In this document: one piece after another, positions 63,988 to 64,000 of the stretch | Layout of the letters: each line of letters starts with the position of its first letter | Position numbering within the stretch: the first letter of the stretch is position 1 | NCBI RefSeq assembly: GCF_018350175.1 | Contig: NC_058368.1 | Coordinates: forward strand, 52,950,001-53,014,000 | Direction: 5' to 3' | DNA: 64,000 bases | From: Felis catus | Taxonomy: Eukaryota | Notes under the pieces: generated by a model | What the model was told of the DNA's origin: nothing | Database searches by the model: none | What the model saw: the letters and a program-made list of their open reading frames with translations, nothing else | Made by a program: the position numbers and the translations under genes

Positions 63988-64000
63988 GGGTGCCTGGGTG
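63988..64000 (+). mobile_element. CAN-SINE start (cut by window edge)
   Basis: GGGTGCCTGGGTG. Confidence 0.55.

Noticed and set aside
1..64000. CRISPR arrays, operons, prokaryotic defence systems or intact retroviral genes
   Set aside because: The sequence is mammalian; I saw no regularly spaced repeat-spacer array, long ORF, or gag/pol/env-like translation.

Overview
Mammalian non-coding genomic DNA, almost certainly from a felid (cat family): it carries about 21 carnivore tRNA-derived CAN-SINEs, several of the young SINEC_Fc type, plus a young felid-type L1 3' end. I found no intact, recognisable protein-coding gene, and the ORF track is mostly repeat-derived or chance ORFs. Best-supported items: (1) a full-length decayed RPS4X processed pseudogene (~57325-58195, minus) nested inside a 5'-inverted (twin-primed) L1MA-type element with its own TSD; (2) a 35-nt tailless U2 snRNA retrocopy with TSD (31738-31772); (3) a short CpG-island-like promoter with NRF1, E-box and ACTACA motifs at ~24.3-25.3 kb and no identifiable gene; (4) many MaLR/ERVL LTRs, hAT and Tc1/pogo MITEs, L1/L2/MIR fragments and microsatellites; (5) several repeat-poor, motif-rich blocks that look like enhancers. 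I see no evidence for a novel multi-gene system. The most open leads are the orphan promoter with candidate lncRNA/microprotein exons and a switch in SINE orientation at ~47-48 kb. Repeat subfamily names come from recalled consensus sequences, not a database search, and boundaries of old repeats are approximate.
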